NCBI GenBank assembly: GCA_048938295.1
Contig: JBHLMI010000010.1
Location: 30,001-62,000 of the forward strand
Direction of reading: 5' to 3'
Origin: Promethearchaeota archaeon
GTDB taxonomy: Archaea; Asgardarchaeota; Hermodarchaeia; Hermodarchaeales; Hermodarchaeaceae
Length of the DNA: 32,000 bases
Shown piece by piece: positions 23,369 to 31,904 of this stretch. A program made the translations under genes and the position numbers. The notes below the pieces were generated by a model that saw only the letters and a list, made by a program, of their open reading frames with translations, was not told the DNA's origin and searched no databases. Position 1 is the first letter of the stretch; each line of letters starts with the position of its first letter.

Positions 23369-25108
23369 ATGAAAGAAATGCTCTGGCACAAATACAAATG
23401 GCCCAAAGAGGTCAGAAAAAGTCTAAAGTACCCCGATGAACCCCTCTACACCATCCTTGACAAAGCCGCGAAAGAAAGCGGTGACCGACCATACACAGTC
23501 TATTCTGGCGTCTCTCACACCTTTTCCGAAGTGCTGGAAAGCGCTAATCGTATTGCGAACTTCCTCCACAGCAAAGGCATCAAGAAAGGTGACCGTGTCG
23601 CTGTCTTTTTGCCCAATGTCCCCCATTACCCACCTGTTTTCTTCGGTATACTCAAAGCAGGCGCCGCAGGTGTCACCTGCAATCCCCAATACAAGGCACC
23701 AGAACTACATCATCAACTCAAAGATTCTGGTGCTAAAGCAGTCTTCGTTTTAGACCACCCAATCTATGTCCCCCTCACCTATGATGCAATAACAGATACC
23801 GATTGTAAACATGTCATAGTTTGTAGCCTCAAACCATTCCTCCCCAAAGCTAAAGCGACGCTTGGGGGACTTCTCGGAAAAATACCCAAGAGCAAAGTTA
23901 TCAAAGAAGACATCACGACCTTCTACAAAGACATCATGGCTAACTATGAACCTAATCCCCCGAAAGTCACAATTAAACCCAAAGACGACCTCGCCCTCAT
24001 TCTCTACACCGGTGGCACCACAGGTGTTCCCAAGGGTGCTATGCTAACCCACTATAACCTCCATGCCAATGTAATGCAATACGACGAATGGGTCAAACTT
24101 GAACCCAAGGGAGGCGGTGAAGCCAAACCCCTCGATTGTGGTAACGAAGTCTATATTGGAGCCTTACCCTGGTACCACAGTTACGGCCTCACTCTCACAA
24201 TGATCGCCGCAGTGTATCATCAAAGTGCCTGTGTCTGCATACCAGACCCACGCGCTGGTAAACCTCCCCTCTCAGATCTACTCAAAGAAACGCAAGATAA
24301 CAAAGGTACCCTCCTCCACGCTGTTCCCACTCTCTATGCGGGTATGGCTTATCATCCAAACATCAGCAAATACGACCTCAGCAGCCTCAAAGCATGCGGT
24401 TCTGGTGCAGCACCTCTCCCTCCTGCCACTGCAAAAGCGTTTGAAGCCGCCTCCGGCGCCGTGCTCTTCGAAGGTTATGGTCTAACCGAAACATCGCCCC
24501 TTGCGAGCGCTGACCCCTCAAGATTAAGCACCCGCAAATTTGGATCCGTCGGTTTTCCCATACCCGACACCATAATCAAAATCGTCGACATCGAAACCGG
24601 TACAAAAGAAAAGAAAACTGGCGAAGACGGAGAAGTAGCCATCTCTGGTCCACAAGTCATGAAGGGATATTGGGAAAAACCTGAGGCCACAAAAGAAGTC
24701 ACGCGAACCATCGATGGTGAACGCTTCTTCCTCACCGGCGACATCGGACACTTCGACGAAGAAGGCTATCTTCATATCACCGATCGTAAAAAAGACATGA
24801 TCAACGTTTCAGGCTTCAAAGCATATCCTGCCGAGATAGAAGAGATTTTGACCGAGCATCCGAAAATTCAGATGGCTGCAGTGATAGGCATCCCGCGTGA
24901 AGATGATCCCACGAATGAGACAGTGAAAGCCTATGTTGTTTTAGCTCCGGGTGAAACAGCAACTACTGAAGAGATTATGGCTTGGGCAAAGGACAGGATG
25001 GCTGGATATAAGCGACCCAGGATTATCGAGTTTCGAGAATCATTGCCAACTTCTGCAGTGGGTAAGGTCCTTCGTCGAGTACTACGTGATCAAGAAATGA
25101 CTAAATAA
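23369..25108 (+). CDS. fadD: Long-chain fatty acid--CoA ligase (ANL adenylating enzyme)
   Basis: YTGGTTGVPKG, EGYGLTE, TGDIG, DRKKDMI and GKVLRR motifs. Start moved to ATG 23369. Confidence 0.9.
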   Translation: MKEMLWHKYKWPKEVRKSLKYPDEPLYTILDKAAKESGDRPYTVYSGVSHTFSEVLESANRIANFLHSKGIKKGDRVAVFLPNVPHYPPVFFGILKAGAAGVTCNPQYKAPELHHQLKDSGAKAVFVLDHPIYVPLTYDAITDTDCKHVIVCSLKPFLPKAKATLGGLLGKIPKSKVIKEDITTFYKDIMANYEPNPPKVTIKPKDDLALILYTGGTTGVPKGAMLTHYNLHANVMQYDEWVKLEPKGGGEAKPLDCGNEVYIGALPWYHSYGLTLTMIAAVYHQSACVCIPDPRAGKPPLSDLLKETQDNKGTLLHAVPTLYAGMAYHPNISKYDLSSLKACGSGAAPLPPATAKAFEAASGAVLFEGYGLTETSPLASADPSRLSTRKFGSVGFPIPDTIIKIVDIETGTKEKKTGEDGEVAISGPQVMKGYWEKPEATKEVTRTIDGERFFLTGDIGHFDEEGYLHITDRKKDMINVSGFKAYPAEIEEILTEHPKIQMAAVIGIPREDDPTNETVKAYVVLAPGETATTEEIMAWAKDRMAGYKRPRIIEFRESLPTSAVGKVLRRVLRDQEMTK

Positions 25109-25117
25109 TCTTAATGA

Positions 25118-25159
25118 GGAACTCTCCCTTCTATCGGGAGGGGTTCCCTTCCTCTTTTT
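25118..25159 (+). terminator. Hairpin plus pyrimidine/T tract after fadD
   Basis: GGAACTCTCCC-ttctatc-GGGAGGGGTTCC stem (one bulge, one G-U pair) followed by CTTCCTCTTTTT. Confidence 0.55.
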
Positions 25160-25500
25160 ATCATGCATGTCGTCGTTTTTTTCCCTTTGAAAGGATTTGC
25201 ATAATTTCTCCTAGTGCCCGATTTTCTTGGAGAAGTTAAGCCATAGTTTGCACAGGCCGATCGATGTGATGGAAGAAAGCGGACATACGGAATGATGCTT
25301 CAAGGTAAAAATGGTCCTTTGATAAATAGAAACAATATTGATACACGAGATTACTTCTCGCTCCTGTAGGTCTCACCTAGACTTGAAAATATGAAGTTTG
25401 AGCACGACCTGGAACAAAACCTGTGTCCATGGATATAGATCCTGAAACTTATGGCTGCTATTTATCTACTTGGTAGCGTTAAACCCCTACAGGATTTCCA

Positions 25501-26583
25501 CTAGTTAGAGTCATCTCTTAACCGAGATAGACGTTTTTCACCAATTTTGGTGTACAGCTCAAAGGCGTTCGCCGGCGGAGTAACTACGTTATCCTTGCGT
25601 TTTAATGACAGTGCTTCAGACGGACAGGTAGAGACGCACAATCCGCATCCAATGCAATACTCTAAGTCAATTTGTGCGACACCATTTTCCATAGAAATCG
25701 CATCCATTTGACAGCGGTCTAAACAGGTTTCACATCCCGTACAGCTGTCCATATCAACTTCGGCATAATAATTGCTGGCAACGAGAGACGCAGGGTTGGG
25801 CAGATTCTTCAGATTTGTCAAAATCCCACAGTGGCAGCCGCAACAATTGCAGATCACAAAACCTTTTTGATCATTGCTTGGACTGCAAACCAGACCCGCA
25901 TCGTGAGCCTCGTCCAAGATTTTGAGGGCCTCATCGACTGTAATTTCTCGTCCATATCCATTTTCAATGTAGTAGTACGCACCCGTGGAAAAGACCATAC
26001 ACACTTCTTCTGGTTTGTCACACTGCTCTCCTAACGCCTCCTTCTCACGCTTACAGATACAGGGGGCCACCGCTATTTTATTCTGTTTTTTAACGATTTC
26101 TCGGGCATCTTCATGTGGTAAGACGCTCATCGAAGGAGTCAGGCTCGCAGCAACTGGAATAACGCGAAGCTGAGGTGGATCAGCGGAAGCCACAAGTTCA
26201 TCTCGCAAAGCCTCTTCCATGTATTGCTCGAAATCTTCAGCCAATTCCTTGGTCATATTATTGACCTGATGTTCGTAGATACCAATGGCAAACCATTCTG
26301 CCCGATATTGGGTGACTCCTCCCTTGTGAGAACGGAAAATCAATCCTTTATCTGCCAACTGCTCCAACAACGGCTTGATTTCCTCCGGATCACGTTCGCG
26401 GCGTTGAGCAATTTGTTCAACTGTTTCAGGAATATAGGTCAAGTAAGTGGCCATTTCAGCCTCTTCTTCAGTGAAAAGGCGTTTGAGAATCCGAAGTTCA
26501 ACACCTGATTCCGTTTTGGGAAAACCCACTGGTAGGTTATTCAGATGTTCACGAAGGTGTTCATAAACAGTGTTACTATCCAT
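25501..26583 (-). CDS. Fe-S protein: N-terminal HTH-like region, Cys-rich middle domain and C-terminal 2x[4Fe-4S]
   Basis: CICKR..C..C..CNCCGCHC, then CTGCETCLDRC and CIGCGLCVSTC. ATG 26583 with GGTGAG RBS. Confidence 0.85.
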   Translation of the reverse strand: MDSNTVYEHLREHLNNLPVGFPKTESGVELRILKRLFTEEEAEMATYLTYIPETVEQIAQRRERDPEEIKPLLEQLADKGLIFRSHKGGVTQYRAEWFAIGIYEHQVNNMTKELAEDFEQYMEEALRDELVASADPPQLRVIPVAASLTPSMSVLPHEDAREIVKKQNKIAVAPCICKREKEALGEQCDKPEEVCMVFSTGAYYYIENGYGREITVDEALKILDEAHDAGLVCSPSNDQKGFVICNCCGCHCGILTNLKNLPNPASLVASNYYAEVDMDSCTGCETCLDRCQMDAISMENGVAQIDLEYCIGCGLCVSTCPSEALSLKRKDNVVTPPANAFELYTKIGEKRLSRLRDDSN

Positions 26584-26657
26584 GGTACTCACCAGGCTCT
26601 GGCTACATGCGCGGTTAGTCCTTGAATATCTTATGCTCTAAAGAAATTCTAACTGAA

Positions 26658-27245
26658 TCAAAGTTTATGACCGCAGTGACTGCAATGCTTTGAATGGGGT
26701 TCAATTACCGAACCACAGTTTTCACAATATGCCACGATTGCCTTACCAGGGATATATCCAGAGTCACGGGTTTTGGGCTTCCGTTTTGCAAGGATGTCCT
26801 GTTTTTCCAAAATGGTGGGGAAGTGCCAAAGGTATATCCCTGCCACGAGTGTCGCACCGAGAAGTCCCATGATGATATCACGGACGCCATTCCACCAGAA
26901 ATTCGAGTAGATTCCAACCCATGGAAAGAAGATGGACAGGAATTCTTCGAAAATCTCCCAAGCAAAGGCTGCTGCTAAAGTGTAGAGAATTGCTGGTAGA
27001 ATGATTAGAATAAAAGGCGGAACGATTGGGATGACTTTTTTCCAAGATCGGGATAGATTAAAGTTCAGAAGAAATGCGCAAATGGCGCTTCCGAAGAGAA
27101 AGTGGGGAACCATATCAAGATAAGAACCGGCGCTATATCCACCAGTGAGTTGAATTAGTATATGTGCCGTAATAGCCAGAACGAAGAGGGTAATAGTGAT
27201 GAAAATCCATAAGCGGTCTGTGCGAAACCAAGATCGCGATGTCAT
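26658..27245 (-). CDS. Four-TM membrane protein (DUF2238/VanZ-like H...WExxE...D pattern) with C-terminal zinc ribbon
   Basis: Hydrophobic helices with DMVPHF, WEIFEE and RDII; C-terminal CENCG...HCSHCG. Confidence 0.7.
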   Translation of the reverse strand: MTSRSWFRTDRLWIFITITLFVLAITAHILIQLTGGYSAGSYLDMVPHFLFGSAICAFLLNFNLSRSWKKVIPIVPPFILIILPAILYTLAAAFAWEIFEEFLSIFFPWVGIYSNFWWNGVRDIIMGLLGATLVAGIYLWHFPTILEKQDILAKRKPKTRDSGYIPGKAIVAYCENCGSVIEPHSKHCSHCGHKL

Positions 27246-27324
27246 TATCAGATGCCCTTGTCTAGGTCCACGTCTTAACCTCAAAAAGTTGTGGGGTCAA
27301 GATAAACTAGTCACACTCTTTGAG

Positions 27325-29085
27325 TTAGGGTGGAATTGGGATTTCTCCATCATAAAAGAAACTGTTCTTTTTGACATACTCTAAGTAGCGTTTAATCTCT
27401 GTCTGCTGCGTTTTGGGCGTCCACTCAAGAATTGTTCCCATTCGCTTGGCGGCTGAAGAAGCGATTTGCCCTTGGTACTCAGGACGAACGAGCCAGCAGA
27501 CTTCCATTCGCCGGCAAAGAACATCTTCCAAATGAAAGGGAGCCTCATGGTCCACAACATAGTCCACTTCTGCTGTTATCCAAGGCGCCACTTCAACTGG
27601 GTATTCAGGGACTTCAAGAAGCCGTTTGGTGAGTTCTGGGTGTTTCTGTATCTCTTGAAGAATTGTTAATCCTCCACGTCCATATTGTTGGTATAGGTGT
27701 TTGAGGATGAATGGATGCAACGTGGAACCTACGACCTCAGGGTGTGCTGCCCATTCCTTTTGTGTGAGGGTAATTTCATAAGCGATTTTGGTGAGGTTTC
27801 TTTTTCTAGAATATTTGGGTAAATTATGGGCTACTCGGTTCTTGCGAATATGATTCAGAAGTAAGTCTTCTGCCATTTTACGGAATATTGTGAGCTTTCC
27901 TCCAAGGAGGCTATACAACCCGTCTTCGCGCGTCAATACGGTGTGCTTTCGTGAGACATCGCTTTCTGCTTTACCAATTTCGGCTACTAATGGTCGGAGC
28001 CCTGCAAAGGAACCATGGATGTATTGATCATCGACCTTAGCATCCGGAAAAAGTACTCTGATGGTATTTCGTAGATAATCGGCATCCTCGCGGGTGCAAT
28101 AAACGTCTCCGGGGTCGCCTGAATAGTCGGTATCGGTTGTTCCAACCAGAACCCATTCATTTCGGCGAATAGCGAAGAAAAACCGGCGATCATCAATTGA
28201 ATTCACGGCAAAGGTATCATTGATGGGGAAATCTTTGCGGTGGTAGACTAAGTGAACGCCTTTGGTGGGACGCAGCACCCTCTCTTTGTTTTCACTCTCT
28301 AGTGCTAGAACATCATCTGCCCAAACACCTGTGGTGTTGATAATTACTTTTCCTCGAACATGAAAACTCGGTGCTTTTATTTTAGTAACATCCAAAGCTT
28401 CCACGCCATTCAATTGACCTGTGGAATTATGGATAAATCCTACAACTTGGATATAATTCAAGGCAAGCGCATTATTCGTCCATAGCGCTTCCTTGAGGGT
28501 TTCAATCACCAACCGGGCGTCATCGGTATTCGAATCATACCAGGTAATCGCTCCTTTAAGTCGAGAAGGCTCCAAAAGAGGTTCAAGCTCCTTAATTTTT
28601 TCCACATCTTTGATACCTTTTCCTCCCCGGTTATTTCTGAATCCGCCAAGAAAGTCGTACAAAAACGCGCCAAACCTAACGGTGCGATAGCTCCAGCTTC
28701 TCTGAAGCTCCCTGTTCCCTATTTTTCCCTCTGATAATATCGGGTAGAGAAATCGAGTGGGTCGCGTCAGATGAGGTACTCCTTTTTCTCTAAGCCAGTT
28801 CCTTTCATTGGTCGCTTCCCGTACGAGACCGAATTCTCGTTTCGCGATATACCGAAAGCCGCCATGGGCAAGCTTTGTGGATCGACTGGAAGTTCCAGAT
28901 GCGAAGTCATTCTGATCAAGTAAGGCTACTGTCAAACCTCGATGGGTGGCTTCTAGGGCGACCCCCGCACCAGTAATGCCACCACCGATGATAATGACAT
29001 CCCAGTTGGTATCTTTGAGTCGCTGAAGCTGTTGTTGACGGTTGACTTGAGAAAAATCAATGCGTTCAATTGGTGGCGCGTGCAT
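27325..29085 (-). CDS. glpD: FAD-dependent glycerol-3-phosphate dehydrogenase/oxidase (GlpD/GlpA family)
   Basis: IIGGGITGAG, DFASGTSSRSTKLAHGGFRY, DDARL, PTKGVH, GTTD, AGLRPL, GGKLT and EDVLCRR motifs. Confidence 0.9.
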   Translation of the reverse strand: MHAPPIERIDFSQVNRQQQLQRLKDTNWDVIIIGGGITGAGVALEATHRGLTVALLDQNDFASGTSSRSTKLAHGGFRYIAKREFGLVREATNERNWLREKGVPHLTRPTRFLYPILSEGKIGNRELQRSWSYRTVRFGAFLYDFLGGFRNNRGGKGIKDVEKIKELEPLLEPSRLKGAITWYDSNTDDARLVIETLKEALWTNNALALNYIQVVGFIHNSTGQLNGVEALDVTKIKAPSFHVRGKVIINTTGVWADDVLALESENKERVLRPTKGVHLVYHRKDFPINDTFAVNSIDDRRFFFAIRRNEWVLVGTTDTDYSGDPGDVYCTREDADYLRNTIRVLFPDAKVDDQYIHGSFAGLRPLVAEIGKAESDVSRKHTVLTREDGLYSLLGGKLTIFRKMAEDLLLNHIRKNRVAHNLPKYSRKRNLTKIAYEITLTQKEWAAHPEVVGSTLHPFILKHLYQQYGRGGLTILQEIQKHPELTKRLLEVPEYPVEVAPWITAEVDYVVDHEAPFHLEDVLCRRMEVCWLVRPEYQGQIASSAAKRMGTILEWTPKTQQTEIKRYLEYVKKNSFFYDGEIPIPP

Positions 29086-29261
29086 GAATACATTACCTCA
29101 AGGTGACAAAAGCTTCTCTCCTATTCAGCTTTACCCAGCAACAAAATCCAAGAAACTTGAGACGCAAATCCATTTTGAACACAATATTTTTAGTAACGCA
29201 GTGCGAGGAGGAACTTGAACCTGCTAGGACAGGTTGGGATAAACAAAGAGGTCCTAGGGCT

Positions 29262-30083
29262 TTGACCGTTCACAGCTTCTATGTCGTCGGATTACGCGAA
29301 GGTTTTCCACTTTATAGTCGAAAGTGGTCTCAATCCGATGTCGATAGTGCCCTGCTTTCCGGATTCTTAGCCAGCATGGAACACATGGCCCAACAAGTAG
29401 CTGCACAACACGTCAACGTCGTGAACATGAAAGACCGCCGGTTCTTCTTCCAAATCGACGAACAAAACGGATTACTCCTTGTCTTCATCACCGACGTCAG
29501 TGAAAGTTCCGCCCGTTTCCGTAAATACCTAGGTATCCTCAACAATAAATTCGTGAAAATGTTCAAAAAACAACTTGAAGAGCTCCACGAAGATGGTACC
29601 ACTGACACAAAACTCTTCAACAGCTTTGATGAATTCATCGATGACCTTGTTCTCACCTGGTGGATGGGGGAAGCCACCGTGTCTGCCGCCAAGGTAATGG
29701 ACGTGTTTGAAGTATTCACGCTCTTCTATAACACCATTATCCAACGGTTTTTCACAGATGTCACACGCCGAACCTATGGCAAGCAAATACAGCAACTCTT
29801 TGAAACGAAAATGGAGAAAATCCCGGCTCTTACAGGTATCAAAATCGACAAAACTGGTGTCCTCACCTACGAATCCATTGACCCCCAACAAGTCAAATAC
29901 ACACAATTTCGGAAGGTACTTTTCGACATCTTCCATGAGTTAATGGTGCTCACACGTAAAACCCTGCCCAAACAAACCTACTACTCCCTTGTCTTCGAAC
30001 ACATTAGCCCCCTCATCCGCACCGAACAAAGGCGGATGAAAACTTACTCTCTAACAGAAAAAATCGTGATGGAAATCCTATGA
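29262..30083 (+). CDS. Asgard-type longin-like domain protein with unknown helical C-terminal domain
   Basis: N-terminal pattern FYVV...GFPLYSR...DSALLSGFLASM...VVNMKDRRFFF...LLVFITD...L..KFV.MF typical of longin folds. TTG start at 29262 with GAGGT RBS (uncertain; frame open to 29103). Confidence 0.72.
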   Translation: MTVHSFYVVGLREGFPLYSRKWSQSDVDSALLSGFLASMEHMAQQVAAQHVNVVNMKDRRFFFQIDEQNGLLLVFITDVSESSARFRKYLGILNNKFVKMFKKQLEELHEDGTTDTKLFNSFDEFIDDLVLTWWMGEATVSAAKVMDVFEVFTLFYNTIIQRFFTDVTRRTYGKQIQQLFETKMEKIPALTGIKIDKTGVLTYESIDPQQVKYTQFRKVLFDIFHELMVLTRKTLPKQTYYSLVFEHISPLIRTEQRRMKTYSLTEKIVMEIL

Positions 30084-30634
30084 GTAACCCTACCGAAAGC
30101 ACCACCCACCCCATCGCCACAAAACGACCCTACACCCACATCGCCAAAGCCGTCGTCGTCGGCGACGCCGCTGTTGGAAAAACAAGTCTCCTCGTCCGCT
30201 ACGTCAAAGGCATCTTCAACCCCACTTATATTCTCACCATCGGTGTTGCTTTTCATGTCAAAGATATTGTCATCGGACAGAATGTTCTCAGGCTACAGGC
30301 ATGGGACACAGGGGGTCAGGAGCGGTTTGGCCCAATTCGTCAGCTCTATTATCGTGGAGCCAAGGGCGTTCTGTTAGTGTATGACCGGTCAAATTCTGAT
30401 TCCTTCAACCGAATTGATTATTGGTTGAATGAAGTGAAACGAGGTTGTGGGGATGTGCCTTTGGTTCTCATTGCGAACAAGTCAGACCTCGCTGAAAAAA
30501 TCGAATCCGAAGAAGGACGGAAAAAAGCAGAGGAGCACTCGATGGTGTTCGTTGAGACCAGTGCGAAGGACGATAAGAATGTTGATTTCGCGTTCTCGGA
30601 ATTGGCAAGGATAATACTGAATCAGAGTGCTTAG
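30080..30634 (+). CDS. Rab-like small GTPase
   Basis: GDAAVGKTS, TIGVAF, WDTGGQERF, YYRGA, LLVYD, NKSD and ETSAK. No C-terminal Cys. ATGA overlap with the longin gene. Confidence 0.93.
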   Translation: MSNPTESTTHPIATKRPYTHIAKAVVVGDAAVGKTSLLVRYVKGIFNPTYILTIGVAFHVKDIVIGQNVLRLQAWDTGGQERFGPIRQLYYRGAKGVLLVYDRSNSDSFNRIDYWLNEVKRGCGDVPLVLIANKSDLAEKIESEEGRKKAEEHSMVFVETSAKDDKNVDFAFSELARIILNQSA

Positions 30635-31266
30635 AGCTCTTGTTTTTTAAGTAAAGAGATTGTGGCGGCAAAAGCGCCCAGTTGTGCAGCTACTCGTGTT
30701 GACCCTGATCCGATAATGAGAACGTCACCAACTTGGATATTAAAGTGTTCAAGGACTTCTCTGAGCTCGTTTTTCGGGATACGATGTTCCTTTACCATAA
30801 CTAGGACTGCTGGATCTTTGTCTTGGATGAAGGTTGATGCCCCACTTGCGCCCGCTTGAAGGGCAGCATCTCGTTGTTCGATGCCGTCAGTAACATAGTT
30901 GGCGAGTTGGTGAAGGTGACAACCATAATTGTAAACATCTATTGTGTAGCTGCTTTCAGGTAATTCTTCGAATGCGATAAGCGTTTCTCTAAGCTTCTCA
31001 CAGTGTTGCTTGCCTTTCGTAGAAAGTTGATGGCCCTGTCGATTGATAGGTATAATGAGTCCCTGACTCCTGAGAAACCGGATGAGCGAACGAATACTGC
31101 CCCCACCCAATCCCAGATCTGAGCTGAGCTGGTATCGACCGATAGGAGTCGTGGTTTGGCAGAAGGTATAAAATGCTGCCAGAATGTGCCAGGGATGAAA
31201 TTGGGTAGGAGGCCCGTGTCGTGCATCAGTATTCAGGAGTTTAGTCAGTTCCATAAAGATAATCAT
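30631..31266 (-). CDS. DUF4443/PH0730-like protein: N-terminal wHTH plus GAD-like domain
   Basis: IGRYQLSSDLGLGGGSIRSLIRFL (HTH), then GIEQRDAALQAGASGA and GDVLIIGSG. Confidence 0.7.
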   Translation of the reverse strand: MIIFMELTKLLNTDARHGPPTQFHPWHILAAFYTFCQTTTPIGRYQLSSDLGLGGGSIRSLIRFLRSQGLIIPINRQGHQLSTKGKQHCEKLRETLIAFEELPESSYTIDVYNYGCHLHQLANYVTDGIEQRDAALQAGASGASTFIQDKDPAVLVMVKEHRIPKNELREVLEHFNIQVGDVLIIGSGSTRVAAQLGAFAATISLLKKQEL

Positions 31267-31904
31267 CCTCTCAGTGCTTCATAAGTGTTGGATTCTCTCC
31301 TTGATTCTGTTCCGTTTTTACCTTGGGGGAACTGGCTGAGTCGGAGGTGGTGGACCGCTATTGTTACTGGTTGACTGAGTAGACCGAATAGGACCGCGTT
31401 ACTTGCGATATGAATTATCATGAAGGGTAGCCCTGTCATGATCGTCACAATGAATGGTATGCCAAATGTAAAACTGTAGGTAAAGTCGGTTACTAGGTCA
31501 AAGAATAGCGTAAGGAGGACGCCAAACAGCGCTGGGATGAGAAGCCATCGGTTATCGGAATACTCTATCCGTTGTAAGGATTTTCCGAGAAAACCGCCTA
31601 CAATGCCAATGAATATGGTGCATCCAATTACAGATAATCCAATAGGTGGTAGGAATGCTCCCCAGGGATTCCACAGTTGGTAAATCAACATGGCAATAAA
31701 CCCGACGAAGGCACCGATGATTGGCCCAAAGAGGAATCCACTAAGAAATACCATCACTGAGGAGAGTTCGACGTTGGGGATTGCAGACAGAGCATAGTTG
31801 CCCCCAATGGCTAGCGCAGCAAATATTGCTATAAATGCGACTCGAATTGCGACCGTGCTCCTTGGATGTGTGGTTTCTCCTCCATTATCCTTCAAGCAAA
31901 TCAT
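31263..31904 (-). CDS. ECF transporter S component (CbrT-like, substrate uncertain)
   Basis: Multi-TM protein with AxxxA helix 1 (AIFAALA), IPNVEL, GxxxGxxxG and IHIASN. Confidence 0.8.
   Translation of the reverse strand: MICLKDNGGETTHPRSTVAIRVAFIAIFAALAIGGNYALSAIPNVELSSVMVFLSGFLFGPIIGAFVGFIAMLIYQLWNPWGAFLPPIGLSVIGCTIFIGIVGGFLGKSLQRIEYSDNRWLLIPALFGVLLTLFFDLVTDFTYSFTFGIPFIVTIMTGLPFMIIHIASNAVLFGLLSQPVTIAVHHLRLSQFPQGKNGTESRRESNTYEALRG

Noticed and set aside
29103-29261. 53-aa N-terminal extension of the longin protein (and similar long starts for tatD, moaD, fadD and the membrane protein)
   Set aside because: These extensions run through divergent promoter or intergenic regions. Downstream starts coincide with domain boundaries and often have an RBS.
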